A stretch of 64,000 bases of DNA from Candidatus Lloydbacteria bacterium (GCA_043719805.1 JAYSTI010000001.1:215770-279769); one strand, 5' to 3'. Shown: positions 9,411-19,853, numbered from the stretch's first letter. The notes: generated by a model from the letters alone, not told the origin. Numbers and translations are program-made.

Positions 9411-10055
9411 TTACTTTTTGGCCACTACGTGTTGCCCGAGTGGAAATGCCGTATTTCGTTCGTGCTTGTAGCATAAAAGTCCTGCGACATTAAAAAATAC
9501 CACAATAGGAGTGAGCGCCCAGTGGCGCATGTGCAATTGTGCAAGTGCGCACATTGAGTAAAGGTATCCATTCGACGCGCGTGTCTTCACCTCGGTGAAA
9601 CCTGCCTCTTGGAACAAGTGCGCGAGGCCATAGTTCGTATAACGGAAAAAATCGTACGGGGCCTCGTGCACTGGCCACACCATCGGAGTCGTGAGCAGAA
9701 CTGTTCCTCCCACTTTTGTGATGCGATACATTTCTTTTACCACCAAATGCGGCTGCTTCGTATGCTCCAATGTTTCCGTACAAATGACCAAGTCGGCAGT
9801 ATTATCAGGCAGAGGAATTCCCTCGTTTACATCCGCAATCACAACGTCCGTAACGCCACCACGATCTTCAATGTCCACGCCAATATATCTTTCGGCAGTG
9901 ACAAACCTTTTATGAGGGGCGCGTCCGCAGCCAATGTCCACTACCGTGGAAAATTTTTTCTTCGCAGTGTGTGTAATGATAAAATTTGCCTGCAAACGGC
10001 GTACCAAAAAGCGCGTACTGGAAACTATGCGTAATAGAGAAAAAATGCGCTTCAT
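9411..10055 (-). CDS. Class I SAM methyltransferase
   Basis: VDIGCG, CTETLEH, HEAPYDFFRYT. Confidence 0.85.
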   Translation of the reverse strand: MKRIFSLLRIVSSTRFLVRRLQANFIITHTAKKKFSTVVDIGCGRAPHKRFVTAERYIGVDIEDRGGVTDVVIADVNEGIPLPDNTADLVICTETLEHTKQPHLVVKEMYRITKVGGTVLLTTPMVWPVHEAPYDFFRYTNYGLAHLFQEAGFTEVKTRASNGYLYSMCALAQLHMRHWALTPIVVFFNVAGLLCYKHERNTAFPLGQHVVAKK

Positions 10056-10137
10056 GTGGTTCACGTGTGGCACCAAGTGGGCCGAGAATGTAGGCAGTAT
10101 CGCAAATTTACCCCCGCACGGCAAATCTCACTCTTCT

Positions 10138-10881
10138 TTATCCCCTCTTTGCCACCACCAGATTGTTTCCCGTGCCGATGGGGAACAATATGTCGAGCCA
10201 GCCGAGGAGTTTGTAGAGTGGCATGAGATAGGGGTTGTATCGGCCACCCCACGGCTTTCCATGCAAGAGGTGTTCAATCTCCCATGCGAGGTGTCCCCAA
10301 AGTGTAAACGTCTGTCGCGACAGCAGGATCTCAAATCCGGTTTCCTTCATCAACGCGACGAGTGGTGCCATTGGGCGCATCTCTCCAATATGCTCTACGT
10401 CCGCCCAGTCGTAGAAGTCTCCGAACCAGCGTTTTGGCAACACAAAGCGCTCGGTGTCTTCACAGGGAACCGCAAGATACAAAATTCCACCGGGACGAAG
10501 CGCCTTAAAAAACTCTCTCAACACGCGCTCGTTGCCCGAGATATGCTCGAGTGTATCGATTGAAACAATCACGTCTCGAGTCGCGTCCTCGTCCATCAAA
10601 GTAAGATCTGCGGTGTGAAAGTGCATTTGGGGATCTGTGAAGGTTTTCCACTCTTCATCTGCCCTGAGGTCAACTCCTTCGATGTGCGCATTCGGGAAAA
10701 GCTTGCGCAGCATAACGGAATGCCTGCCGTTTCCACACGCGGCGTCAAGAATCGATGGCTCGACCGGCTTCACGTATCCTGGAAGATAGTGCCGACAATA
10801 AAGGGCACGTATCCAGTTCCCGGTATGCACGGGGCGAAACGGTTCATGCGTCAGTAAAAATTTCTTTATAAGTTTGAGCAT
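10138..10881 (-). CDS. Class I SAM methyltransferase
   Basis: LDAACGNG, SIDTLEHI, LRPGG. Confidence 0.85.
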   Translation of the reverse strand: MLKLIKKFLLTHEPFRPVHTGNWIRALYCRHYLPGYVKPVEPSILDAACGNGRHSVMLRKLFPNAHIEGVDLRADEEWKTFTDPQMHFHTADLTLMDEDATRDVIVSIDTLEHISGNERVLREFFKALRPGGILYLAVPCEDTERFVLPKRWFGDFYDWADVEHIGEMRPMAPLVALMKETGFEILLSRQTFTLWGHLAWEIEHLLHGKPWGGRYNPYLMPLYKLLGWLDILFPIGTGNNLVVAKRG

Positions 10882-11042
10882 ATGAGAAAAATATCTTCGT
10901 CAGATGCGCACCGGGCGACAATCGCCAAAAGTTGCGCTTCGACAGTATATCAGCTCAACGCCGGACTACAAAAATATGGCAAAAGAGGTTGTAACCGCAA
11001 CCTTTCATCGTCAGGGATGCTTATATATTGTACGCCACCCAC

Positions 11043-12293
11043 ATGAGCTTACTTCATAATCAAATGAACAAACTTATCCGCTGGGGAGAGCGGAAGGCTC
11101 AAACTGACCTGCGCTACGTGCTGCATGGCGGTTTTTGGCTTTTTGTGGGGCAGGTGGGGGGGGGTGTCACGGCAATTTTTCTTGCCATCGGATACGCGCA
11201 TTATCTCCCCAAGGAGGTCTACGGAACATACAAATACATTTTATCGGTCTTCGGAATACTCTCGCTCTTTTCTCTGACGGGGATGGACACAGCAGTGCAA
11301 CGCGGGATAGCACAGGGAAAAGATGCGATCTTTTGGAAAACATTCCGCCTGCGAGTCATGAGCTGCACGATTGCAGTGCTCGTCTGTGTGGCATTTGGCG
11401 TTTATTATTTTACAAACGGGAACAGGGAGCTTGCAACGCTGTTTTTTGTTTCTGCTCCATTCCTGCTACTCCTCGACCCGCTATCCCATTATAACTCTCT
11501 CCTAGTCGGGAGAAAGCTCTTTCGCGAGAGCTCGAAACTCAGCATCATTCTTCAAGTCGGATCGGCACTTATTATGCTCGGAGTCATTTATCTTACAAGA
11601 AACGTGCTGGGGATAATTTTGGCATATCTCTTTGCAACGCTACTCCTTCGAGGTGGTATTTTTTTGTATGTTACGAGTAGACACCCGCTCAACAAAATTG
11701 AGGACAAAGAATCTTTTCAATTCGGCAAACACCTGACGGCAATGAGCGTTCTTGCGACCATCAGTGGCCGACTGGATGCAATAGTCCTCTTTCATTTTCT
11801 TGGACCCGCAGCACTCGCAGTATATTCTTTTGCGCAAGCCGCCGTGAGCAATATTCAAAATTCGTTCAAGCTCATCACCACAACCCTAGCATTCCCCAAA
11901 ATGGCCGCCCAAGACAAGGAGGTCATAAAAAAAACATTGCTCCGCAAGGTGCGGATTGCGCATTATTTCACAGTCCCCTTGTCCATTGCCGCCATCTTCA
12001 TTATTCCATATTTTTTCCAGATATTCTTTCCAAAATATCTTGAATCAATCCCCTATGCACAAGTAATGACTGGACTACTAGCATTTTCGCCTTTACGTTT
12101 TATTTCAACAGCAATCACTGCAAAGGCCTCGGTAAAAATTTACTATACACTTGCGATCAGTAACCCGATCATTACGAGCGCTGGACTTCTCGTCTGCGTG
12201 CCACTCTGGGGAATTTGGGGTGCAATCATGGCCCTTGCAGTACAGCAATTCGTCGGAAATGTGCTCGCGCTTTATCTATTTAAGAAAATGTAA
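11043..12293 (+). CDS. Polysaccharide flippase (Wzx/MOP family)
   Basis: Many hydrophobic segments, LPKEVYGTY, LGPAALAVYS, WGIWGA. Confidence 0.85.
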   Translation: MSLLHNQMNKLIRWGERKAQTDLRYVLHGGFWLFVGQVGGGVTAIFLAIGYAHYLPKEVYGTYKYILSVFGILSLFSLTGMDTAVQRGIAQGKDAIFWKTFRLRVMSCTIAVLVCVAFGVYYFTNGNRELATLFFVSAPFLLLLDPLSHYNSLLVGRKLFRESSKLSIILQVGSALIMLGVIYLTRNVLGIILAYLFATLLLRGGIFLYVTSRHPLNKIEDKESFQFGKHLTAMSVLATISGRLDAIVLFHFLGPAALAVYSFAQAAVSNIQNSFKLITTTLAFPKMAAQDKEVIKKTLLRKVRIAHYFTVPLSIAAIFIIPYFFQIFFPKYLESIPYAQVMTGLLAFSPLRFISTAITAKASVKIYYTLAISNPIITSAGLLVCVPLWGIWGAIMALAVQQFVGNVLALYLFKKM

Positions 12294-12350
12294 ACATCAA
12301 GATTTTCGCATGATGTCCATTTGGCAAACGTGCTAAGAATACGGTGATTT

Positions 12351-13235
12351 TCAATTTAAAATTTCCGTGAGTGACGTACGAGAAATATCAGTTTTGGAAT
12401 AAGCCTCCCAGAGACGTTCGTCGTCCTTCCCGCCCAGCATCTGAAATCGACGATAACCCAATGACTTGAGTTTGTCGCGCAACCCCTGAACATTCCCCCC
12501 GAGATTGGCAATGTCTGTGGGATGAAATTCAATAAAGAGCGTTGGTGCATCGTCCCGCACCAATGACTCGGGGAGGTTGTTGATTACAAAATACTCGGCC
12601 CCCTCGATGTCCATCTTAATAAGCGTTGGCATACCAAACTCCTGAAAATAACCATCAAGCGCCCTAGTGCGCACCTCAAGTGGAGGGGCAGACGCTTTTT
12701 TGTTGACCGACTCTTGCGATTTAAATATCTTTCCTACGCCAAAATTCCCCTCACGGTGCGGATAAAACGTTACTGTTCCTTCTTTACCAGAAACTGCCTC
12801 AGGGACAACGGTTATTCGTTCCGAAAGATGATTCAATTCAATATTGCAAGATAGCCACTCTTGCATTTCCGGGCAAGGCTCAAATGAGTAGATGCGTGCA
12901 CCATGCGATGCAGCAAGGATAGAATAATATCCAATATTTGCCCCAATATCATAAAGTACCGTATCACTACCGATCAAACTAAGAAATATCTGCACTTGGG
13001 TATTTTCAAAATCACCGGAATAGTACATTCGCTTACCTAGCGACTCACCGGTAAAGATCTTCAGTTTTATTCCATTTGCATTAACCACGGTAGAAAAATT
13101 GCGCATACCAGGAGGCATCATTGTGAGCATTTTTGAAGCAAGCTTCGGATGCACGTTCCGCATTATCCAACCTACCGTCCATGGAATGGCGTGGCCGTCT
13201 TTGATTGCGCTTTTGGGAGTCAACATAATGGTCAA
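12351..13235 (-). CDS. FkbM family methyltransferase
   Basis: DIGANIGYYS, FEP, IKMDIEGAE. Confidence 0.9.
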   Translation of the reverse strand: MTIMLTPKSAIKDGHAIPWTVGWIMRNVHPKLASKMLTMMPPGMRNFSTVVNANGIKLKIFTGESLGKRMYYSGDFENTQVQIFLSLIGSDTVLYDIGANIGYYSILAASHGARIYSFEPCPEMQEWLSCNIELNHLSERITVVPEAVSGKEGTVTFYPHREGNFGVGKIFKSQESVNKKASAPPLEVRTRALDGYFQEFGMPTLIKMDIEGAEYFVINNLPESLVRDDAPTLFIEFHPTDIANLGGNVQGLRDKLKSLGYRRFQMLGGKDDERLWEAYSKTDISRTSLTEILN

Positions 13236-13318
13236 TTATACACACGACCGGTTTGCGGCACAAGCCGTCTTCCTACTCCATTTCAAGAGTAATACAGTAG
13301 CAAATATCGAAATTTTGA

Positions 13319-14194
13319 TTATCTCTTCAGGCAAGTATATAGCCAGTGAAAAAGATAACGTGGATTTTTACTTAGCAAAAATGCTTTCATGAAATATTGT
13401 TTTGCTTTTTCTGATTGTCCGGCATCACGGCACCACAGCGCAAGCCAGAAAATAAGCAGAGCGAGCTCGCGTGGATGCTGTGCATATAAAACCATATGCT
13501 TCTCGAGGAGTAGCTCTCTCCCCTTGATGCGCCGATCCAAGTTGCCTCCGATGTGCTCACCGCGCGCCGAGAGCATGTTCATACGCACAAGAGGCTTCGC
13601 GATGCCTATTCCTTTGTATTTCTGACCGATTCGCAACAAAAGATCGATCTCCTGGTGGCTCGGGAGTGACGCGTCAAACATACCGACATCCGCAAAAACT
13701 GAACGCCGAACCACGAGCGAGCTCGTGAGAAATCCTTTGAACCGGATGAGTATGATAGGTAGAAAATTGCGGACTCCGGGTACGACACGATTCACAACCT
13801 CGCCATTATCGGTAGTATTTGACACGCTCGTAACGGAGAATCCTACGTCTGGAGCAGTTTTCGTGAACTCCTCCAGTTGCAGGGCCAACTTCTCCGGCAA
13901 CCATTCGTCGTCGTCATCAAGAAACGCCACATACTTCCCCTTCGACTCACTAATGCCCACATTTCGCGTTGCTCCACCACCACGTTTTGGCGGGTCATTT
14001 TTAAGATATCGGATTCTTGGATCATGAAAACTCCCTACGACGTCCCTCGCCCCTATCTTATCTCCATCATCGACGACGACAATTTCGTAGTCGGTGAATG
14101 TCTGAGCCAATACGGATCGTAAGGCTCGCGCAACGAGCTCAGGGCGATTGAATGTCGGAACGACGACGGAAACGAGTGGTGATGATGTGGCCAT
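13319..14194 (-). CDS. GT2 glycosyltransferase
   Basis: VSVVVPTFNR, VVVDDG, RNVGI, FLDDDDEW. Confidence 0.95.
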   Translation of the reverse strand: MATSSPLVSVVVPTFNRPELVARALRSVLAQTFTDYEIVVVDDGDKIGARDVVGSFHDPRIRYLKNDPPKRGGGATRNVGISESKGKYVAFLDDDDEWLPEKLALQLEEFTKTAPDVGFSVTSVSNTTDNGEVVNRVVPGVRNFLPIILIRFKGFLTSSLVVRRSVFADVGMFDASLPSHQEIDLLLRIGQKYKGIGIAKPLVRMNMLSARGEHIGGNLDRRIKGRELLLEKHMVLYAQHPRELALLIFWLALWCRDAGQSEKAKQYFMKAFLLSKNPRYLFHWLYTCLKR

Positions 14195-14270
14195 ATATTA
14201 GGAAAGCTTCACATTAAATTTTTTTACCCAAACTGAGAATTGTACGTTGGAAGTCTGCATTTAGTCTTGC
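14142..14270. repeat. 129-bp direct repeat A (GT2 5' end + copy of asnB 3' end)
   Basis: Matches 15803-15931 with 5 mismatches; includes ...WVKKFNVKLS* copy of the asnB terminus. Confidence 0.9.
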
Positions 14271-14401
14271 CCTCGAGCTCGCAGCGGTTGAATGTTGAAA
14301 TTACGACGGAAACACGGAGCATGGTGCTCTTTATAACCGACAAATAAGGTTATGGGTAGTATGGTGATAAACAAAGCACATTCTCGGATATTGTGTTCTT
14401 G

Positions 14402-15109
14402 TTAATTTTCTCCATCAAGAGCGAGTCTGAGAAAGAAAATAGCTTCGGTGCGTAATTTTGTGCGCACCCAATCCTTTTCCTTTTCTGTATGCAAAAGCTC
14501 ACCAAGACCGGAAAGCATGTCTCTATCCGCAACCAGATCCAAAGAATCGATTAATTTTTGCAGAACGACTTTGTAAGAAAGTCCGGTACGCATCTCAATT
14601 ATTCGCGCGTTAATCGGCCAGCTGTTCTTGCAAAAAAACCAAACATCAAAAATATCACGATTTGCGGTGTCTCCTCGCTCGTACATAGCCACTATTTTAT
14701 GAGCAAAGATGTCTTCCCGCGTCATCACCTTCATTGCAATTCCAAGATGCTCCTTGACTTCATATGTTGAGCCAAATTGTCGGGAACTAATGTCTATTTT
14801 TACATTCTGTGCCCAGGCCTCTTTGTTGGCATATGAAAGATTAAAAAATAAATTTTCGTACTTGTTGTCTTGATTTTTAATTTCACCGTACTGTGCCAAT
14901 ATCTGCCCAACTCGCTCAAATACGTATTCTCTTTTCTCTATATCGAGAAGGTCAAAATCGAGATCTACAGAAAAACGAGGAAGGTTGTAGAAAAGATACA
15001 CTGCCGTTCCTCCCTTAAATCCCAGAAAAGGACCGATGGTTGAATCAGAAAAAACATCCTTAAGAATCCGTATCAAAATCGCCCTATGTGTGGGAATGTG
15101 TAATGTCAT
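14402..15109 (-). CDS. AbiEii/AbiGii-type nucleotidyltransferase toxin (type IV TA)
   Basis: FKGGTA, RFSVDLDF, AHKI, RDIFDVWF. Confidence 0.9.
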   Translation of the reverse strand: MTLHIPTHRAILIRILKDVFSDSTIGPFLGFKGGTAVYLFYNLPRFSVDLDFDLLDIEKREYVFERVGQILAQYGEIKNQDNKYENLFFNLSYANKEAWAQNVKIDISSRQFGSTYEVKEHLGIAMKVMTREDIFAHKIVAMYERGDTANRDIFDVWFFCKNSWPINARIIEMRTGLSYKVVLQKLIDSLDLVADRDMLSGLGELLHTEKEKDWVRTKLRTEAIFFLRLALDGEN

Positions 15110-15110
15110 A

Positions 15111-15701
15111 CTATTTTACTGACTTCGCTAATTTATTAACGGTTTCTTCCATGCGCTTATTTCCGTCATAAATAGGCAAAAGTGCGTAAACCTTTTCCCA
15201 ATTAATGGGGCGTAAATTATCAAAATGATAGCGTTTGTTGAGGTAGAGTACATCCAAAAATGCGCGCTCTGTGGATGCAATACTATATCCTGCTTCATTT
15301 GCCATTCCGAGATTGCTCGTGAGGATATTTTCTTTCACCCTTCGAAAAGAATATTTTTGACTACCAAGGGTTAACTCTTTTGACTGGTATGATGCAAGAA
15401 ATATTTGTGAGTAATACTGAAAAGTAACACCGGCGGAACCGAGAACCGTTTCGAAGCTAATGTACGATGGAATGAATATTTTCGTAGCAAGTTCATTCTT
15501 GTTATAATCATTATCTTTCGCGTAGAGACCCCGTCGGAGCCGCAGGAGTTTCCCCGCTTTCGCATATGAGTTTAATCGCACCCTTACTGCGTTTGTTCCC
15601 TCTTCGCCCCAAAGCAAAGCGATCTCTTTGTTTGAAAAGACTGTTTTTGGAGACCGAAGTAAAATTTCCAAATATTCACCCTTTGTAGCTTTTTTGTTCA
15701 T
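15111..15701 (-). CDS. AbiEi-like antitoxin / transcriptional regulator
   Basis: wHTH LLRLRRGLY, PSYISFETVL, IASTERAFLDVLY. Confidence 0.8.
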   Translation of the reverse strand: MNKKATKGEYLEILLRSPKTVFSNKEIALLWGEEGTNAVRVRLNSYAKAGKLLRLRRGLYAKDNDYNKNELATKIFIPSYISFETVLGSAGVTFQYYSQIFLASYQSKELTLGSQKYSFRRVKENILTSNLGMANEAGYSIASTERAFLDVLYLNKRYHFDNLRPINWEKVYALLPIYDGNKRMEETVNKLAKSVK

Positions 15702-15709
15702 AATGTCGC

Positions 15710-15736
15710 TGGAAGTTAGCTTAAAGCTAACTTCCA
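15710..15736. promoter_or_regulatory. 27-bp palindromic operator of the AbiE operon
   Basis: TGGAAGTTAGCTT-A-AAGCTAACTTCCA just upstream of the antitoxin ATG; AbiEi proteins are known to autorepress via inverted repeats. Confidence 0.7.
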
Positions 15737-15802
15737 ACTCTTATTATTGCATATTTTCAGAAACATTGCAAGTGCGGGGCAAGATTGTCCGCCCGGCCAT
15801 GG

Positions 15803-15931
15803 GGGCGATTGAATGTCGGGATGACGACGGAAACGAGTGGTGATGATGTGGCCATATATTAGGAAAGCTTCACATTAAATTTTTTTACCCAAAATGGGAA
15901 TTGTACATTGGAAGTCTGCATTTAGTCTTGC
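15803..15931. repeat. 129-bp direct repeat B (orphan GT2 5' end + asnB 3' end)
   Basis: Near-identical to 14142-14270. Confidence 0.9.
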
Positions 15932-15982
15932 TGTAGTCACCATGTCGCGCAATGACAAAATATATTTTCTCGCACGGCATCC

Positions 15983-16225
15983 TTACTCCGAATAAAAGTA
16001 TTTGCGAAGTGTCTCATCGGACACATAGGCAAGTGCTTGCACATATATTGCACGAAGTGTCCCCGCTCGAATAGTGGTATGGTTTGGAATTATTAGGGTT
16101 TGCTTACGTCCGTCAATCGTGCGCCTCAATTTTATGTGCCCGCCACACTGGTTGAGCACAAGGAAATCGTTTGACACAAAAAATTTCACCAGATCACCGC
16201 CGGAAACATCTTTTAACTTAGGCAT
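15983..16225 (-). CDS. hicA: HicA family toxin
   Basis: MPKLKDVSGGDLVK..GGHIKL..IIPNH..GTLRAI. Confidence 0.85.
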   Translation of the reverse strand: MPKLKDVSGGDLVKFFVSNDFLVLNQCGGHIKLRRTIDGRKQTLIIPNHTTIRAGTLRAIYVQALAYVSDETLRKYFYSE

Positions 16226-16448
16226 AATCAAGCTGTGGCACTTCAATGTTCATCAGTAGTGAGGGGTGACTCGAAAGCCCAAGCTCGGCAAGATTCTCAC
16301 CTTCCACGTACAACAAGGTCGCCTCGCGAATATTTTCCTGTAAAGCATCGAGGGTATCCGCCTCGGTAACAATGGGATGACCAACGGCAGTGGCGACATA
16401 GTAGCCCTCGTGTTCTCGTGAAATAGAAAATTGAATAATATTTTTCAT
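16218..16448 (-). CDS. hicB: HicB family antitoxin
   Basis: EGYYVATA..IVTEADTLDALQENIREA; overlaps hicA. Confidence 0.8.
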   Translation of the reverse strand: MKNIIQFSISREHEGYYVATAVGHPIVTEADTLDALQENIREATLLYVEGENLAELGLSSHPSLLMNIEVPQLDYA

Positions 16449-16490
16449 ACATGCATCATAACACGAGTTCAGCAGAAAATCAAAACTATT

Positions 16491-18350
16491 TTAGGAAAGC
16501 TTCACATTGAATTTTTTTGCCCAGACTTGGAATTGGACGATGGGGAGGAACTCCATGAGGTCTGCTTTCTCGAAGTGGACTTTTCCGTCGAGCGACCGCT
16601 TCTTGAGTGTGACAAAATCAAAAAGCTCTGCTGTGGGAGGGTAATACTCGGGGGTAAGAACGTCTCTCACCATCGCTCCAAATTCCCCCGACATCCATTC
16701 CGCTATCGGGGCGTTCCAACCGGTCTTCTTTTTATTGAGAATATAATCAGGGAGTTTTCCTTTGTATGCCTCCCGCACAAGTGATTTTTTCCCCATTCGC
16801 AATTTTTCCTGAGACGGTATGCCGTTCGCATAGCACACGAGGTCATTCGCGAGAAACGGAAACCTCCCTTCCATGCCAAAATGCATAATGACTTTATCGG
16901 TCCGCATGAATTCTTCGTTCGCAAGCCAGAACCATCGATCAAGTTCTGCAATCGCATTTACACGATCCCCGAGCGGGTCACTGAGCGGAGGAATGTCGGT
17001 ACCGAGAAAACTCCGCGTCGCATCCACCATGTCAAAACCATTCATAAAACGAAATGCGGGATTTCCGGAAGGAGGCGTAATTTTGTTCACGTATGCCCAC
17101 AACGAAATGTCTTCCCCGAGATGTAATATGTGTCCTGGTTTTACAAACCCACTCTTGAATCCCTCAACCGTGTACCGCGCGTCAAGAAGAAATTTTGGGT
17201 AGCGTTCATATTTTGCGGCTATATTTTTTGCATTCTGGTATCTCGGATAGCCCAAAAAGAGTTCGTCGCCGCCCGAACCATTGAGCACAACAGTGATGTC
17301 TTTTGATGCCATTTGTGCCAAGAGCCAATATGCGGGAACAGATGGGTTGTACCTTGGCTCTTCCATGGCCAAAATTGCCGCCTCATAAGTATCAATGAAC
17401 ATGCGCTCAGTAACAAGAAGCTCGTGATGAGCGATACGATAATCATCTGCAAGCCTCGCGGCAAGGTCTGCGTCTTCGTTGAACCTTGCATCTTTTGCCT
17501 CAAAGCGGGTTGTGTAGGTGTTCACCATCCCTCGCTCGCTCTCAGCGAGCTCATGGAGTATCACCGTTGAATCGAGTCCCCCGGAAAGAAAGAGTCCAAA
17601 CGGTCGCAGTCCCATGGTGTGCCCACGCACAGAATCACCAAATTTTTGCCGAAGCGCGGCAGGCGAGAACACTGCGTCCTTATCAATGCGGTCACTCCAC
17701 CCAAACCATTCATCACGCTCCTTGCCTGACGCAAGGTCAACCTCTTTCCATGAACCGGGTGGCAACTTTGATATGCCACTGACGAGCGTCTCCTTCGTCG
17801 GAGTATATCCGAACACAAAAAACGAGCGCGCCACTTCAATATTGAGAACCCGCGGCACGCCATAAGCAAAAAGTCCGCGCATTTCCGAAGAAAAGACAAG
17901 CGCCTCGTCATGGCGAGCCATGTAAAGTGGCTTCATCCCGGCGCGGTCGCGGGCCAAAAACACTTTTTGCTTTCGTTTGTCATAAAATGCGATGGCGAAC
18001 ATGCCGTCGAGACGAGAAAAATATGAAGGCCCATGACGCATCAGTCCTTCAAATATCACCTCCGTATCTCCGTCCGTGTGAAAAATTGCCCCCTCCCCCT
18101 CAAGTTCTTTTCTGAGTGTCTTGTAATTATAAATTTCACCGTTATAGACGAGGACATAATTCCCATCTTTTGATTCGTACGGCTGCTTGGCATTGACCGG
18201 AGTTTCTGTGATGGCAAGAAGATTCTGTCCGAATGTCACGTGCTCGTCACGAAATACCCCGACACCGTCGGGCCCGCGGTGCTTCGTCGCCTCGTTCATG
18301 CGCTCGATGCCGCCCGTCTCTTTTTTTAATATGCCGTTTATTCCACACAT
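16491..18350 (-). CDS. asnB: Asparagine synthase-like glutamine amidotransferase (glycan amidation)
   Basis: MCGING, HRGPDG, NGEIYN, LSGGLDS, GSGGDELFLGY. Confidence 0.95.
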   Translation of the reverse strand: MCGINGILKKETGGIERMNEATKHRGPDGVGVFRDEHVTFGQNLLAITETPVNAKQPYESKDGNYVLVYNGEIYNYKTLRKELEGEGAIFHTDGDTEVIFEGLMRHGPSYFSRLDGMFAIAFYDKRKQKVFLARDRAGMKPLYMARHDEALVFSSEMRGLFAYGVPRVLNIEVARSFFVFGYTPTKETLVSGISKLPPGSWKEVDLASGKERDEWFGWSDRIDKDAVFSPAALRQKFGDSVRGHTMGLRPFGLFLSGGLDSTVILHELAESERGMVNTYTTRFEAKDARFNEDADLAARLADDYRIAHHELLVTERMFIDTYEAAILAMEEPRYNPSVPAYWLLAQMASKDITVVLNGSGGDELFLGYPRYQNAKNIAAKYERYPKFLLDARYTVEGFKSGFVKPGHILHLGEDISLWAYVNKITPPSGNPAFRFMNGFDMVDATRSFLGTDIPPLSDPLGDRVNAIAELDRWFWLANEEFMRTDKVIMHFGMEGRFPFLANDLVCYANGIPSQEKLRMGKKSLVREAYKGKLPDYILNKKKTGWNAPIAEWMSGEFGAMVRDVLTPEYYPPTAELFDFVTLKKRSLDGKVHFEKADLMEFLPIVQFQVWAKKFNVKLS

Positions 18351-18351
18351 A

Positions 18352-19131
18352 CTAGTTGTCGCCGAATAAACGACGCATGCGCTTCATTGCCCCGATGCGC
18401 AGTGAATTTATCTTTTTTGCCGGAGAAAGGTAATGATTGAGACGTTTGAAATATACATTCTCGCCCCCATCAAGCGGGATATAGTTGAAATGAAGTCCGG
18501 TTTTCCATGCCGAATAATTAAAACTCATCTGGTCGCGCTTTGTCCATGTGACCAACTCCTGCCACCATGCTTCCATCGCGCTCTGCACGTCAAGCTCATT
18601 ATGCCGTCGCAAAAGCAGGAGCGTCCAAGCCAATCCTGACGTATCGGGGTATCCCAAGGTGCGATACGCTTCTCCTTGTTTCCGCACAAGCTCCGGGTCT
18701 TCCTGGTGTTTTCCTGCGCGCTCCATGCGGAGCAATCTCTCTTCTTCCTCAGCTAGCGTATGTGCCGGGACCTTTTCACAGGCAGCCTGATCTATGACCG
18801 CGAGATTCGCGTCGGCAAGATAATCACGCACAAGTTCATTAAAATCTCCGCGAATGAGCACATTACCATCGACCCAAATACTTGTGCGGTACTCCGGAAG
18901 AAATTTATGCACGAGGATCTTATATTTGCGAGCACTGCGTGTTGGATCTTTCTCCGGAGGCGAGACACGACGAACTTGCCACATCCGTGACTGAATATCC
19001 TGATCGGTGAAACAGATAAGATCACAATTCGCAGGAAGAAATGAAGGGACAACGAGGTCGTCTTTCTTGCCAAAAATCGCCGTGTAGATAACGATGCGAT
19101 TCGGATCGATGGTGCTGCCGTTTGATTCCAT
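18352..19131 (-). CDS. DUF616/TOD1-MUCI70-like glycosyltransferase
   Basis: IYTAIFGKKD, CFTD, RKYKIL, SIWVDGN, RDQMSFNY. Confidence 0.8.
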   Translation of the reverse strand: MESNGSTIDPNRIVIYTAIFGKKDDLVVPSFLPANCDLICFTDQDIQSRMWQVRRVSPPEKDPTRSARKYKILVHKFLPEYRTSIWVDGNVLIRGDFNELVRDYLADANLAVIDQAACEKVPAHTLAEEEERLLRMERAGKHQEDPELVRKQGEAYRTLGYPDTSGLAWTLLLLRRHNELDVQSAMEAWWQELVTWTKRDQMSFNYSAWKTGLHFNYIPLDGGENVYFKRLNHYLSPAKKINSLRIGAMKRMRRLFGDN

Positions 19132-19190
19132 GTTTTTAAATGCTTATCACATACGTGAACCTACTGCCATAATAAAAAGTAGCAAAATAA

Positions 19191-19853
19191 CTAGGTTTTT
19201 CTTATGATTTTGATAATAAAATTTTGTGCAAAAAGCCCGGGGAACCAGCCTGACAAGAGCCTCGTTCCACGGGTCGGAACATGATGTGCGACAGAATCTA
19301 AAATAAATCCCGATTCGGTGACAAGTGAGCGGAGGCTATTCCATGAAAAGAAGTGGATGTGTCCTCTATCCATGAGCCCACGTTCCTCATACTCGAAGTG
19401 GCCCAAGAAGATACGCAGGCGATTTTTCCAAAAAAGAATATTTGGAACCGTGATAATAATGGTCGTTTGCGTATCCGATGACCGTCGAAGTTGCATCAGA
19501 AGATGCTCCGGCGCGAAGAGATGTTCGAGCACCTCAGAAATTATAATTACGTCGAAGACCTTGTTGCGAAGCTCTTTTGGCCACGCATCTTCAACTTCGG
19601 TATCAAAAATATACACATGATCAAGGGCGCGACGCGCCTCTTCCCCCGCCGCAGATGAGACGTCAATTCCCGTGATTTCACAAGGAGAAATCTTTTTCAG
19701 TATCTCCCCCAATGCGCCATTTGCGCACCCCACATCAAGAATGTGCTTGCCCGAAAAATCTCCAAGAAGAGCGAGTATTCCGCGGCGGCGACCGGCACTT
19801 ATCTTTTCATATTTTTTACCCTCATAGTGACTAAGAATTAATGATTGTGACAT
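19191..19853 (-). CDS. Class I SAM methyltransferase
   Basis: LDVGCANG, SEVLEH, GLMDRGHIHFF. Confidence 0.9.
   Translation of the reverse strand: MSQSLILSHYEGKKYEKISAGRRRGILALLGDFSGKHILDVGCANGALGEILKKISPCEITGIDVSSAAGEEARRALDHVYIFDTEVEDAWPKELRNKVFDVIIISEVLEHLFAPEHLLMQLRRSSDTQTTIIITVPNILFWKNRLRIFLGHFEYEERGLMDRGHIHFFSWNSLRSLVTESGFILDSVAHHVPTRGTRLLSGWFPGLFAQNFIIKIIRKT

Noticed and set aside
14142-15931. 129-bp repeats as IS terminal repeats or a DGR pair
   Set aside because: Direct orientation, derived from flanking genes, no transposase, and mismatches not restricted to adenine in one copy.
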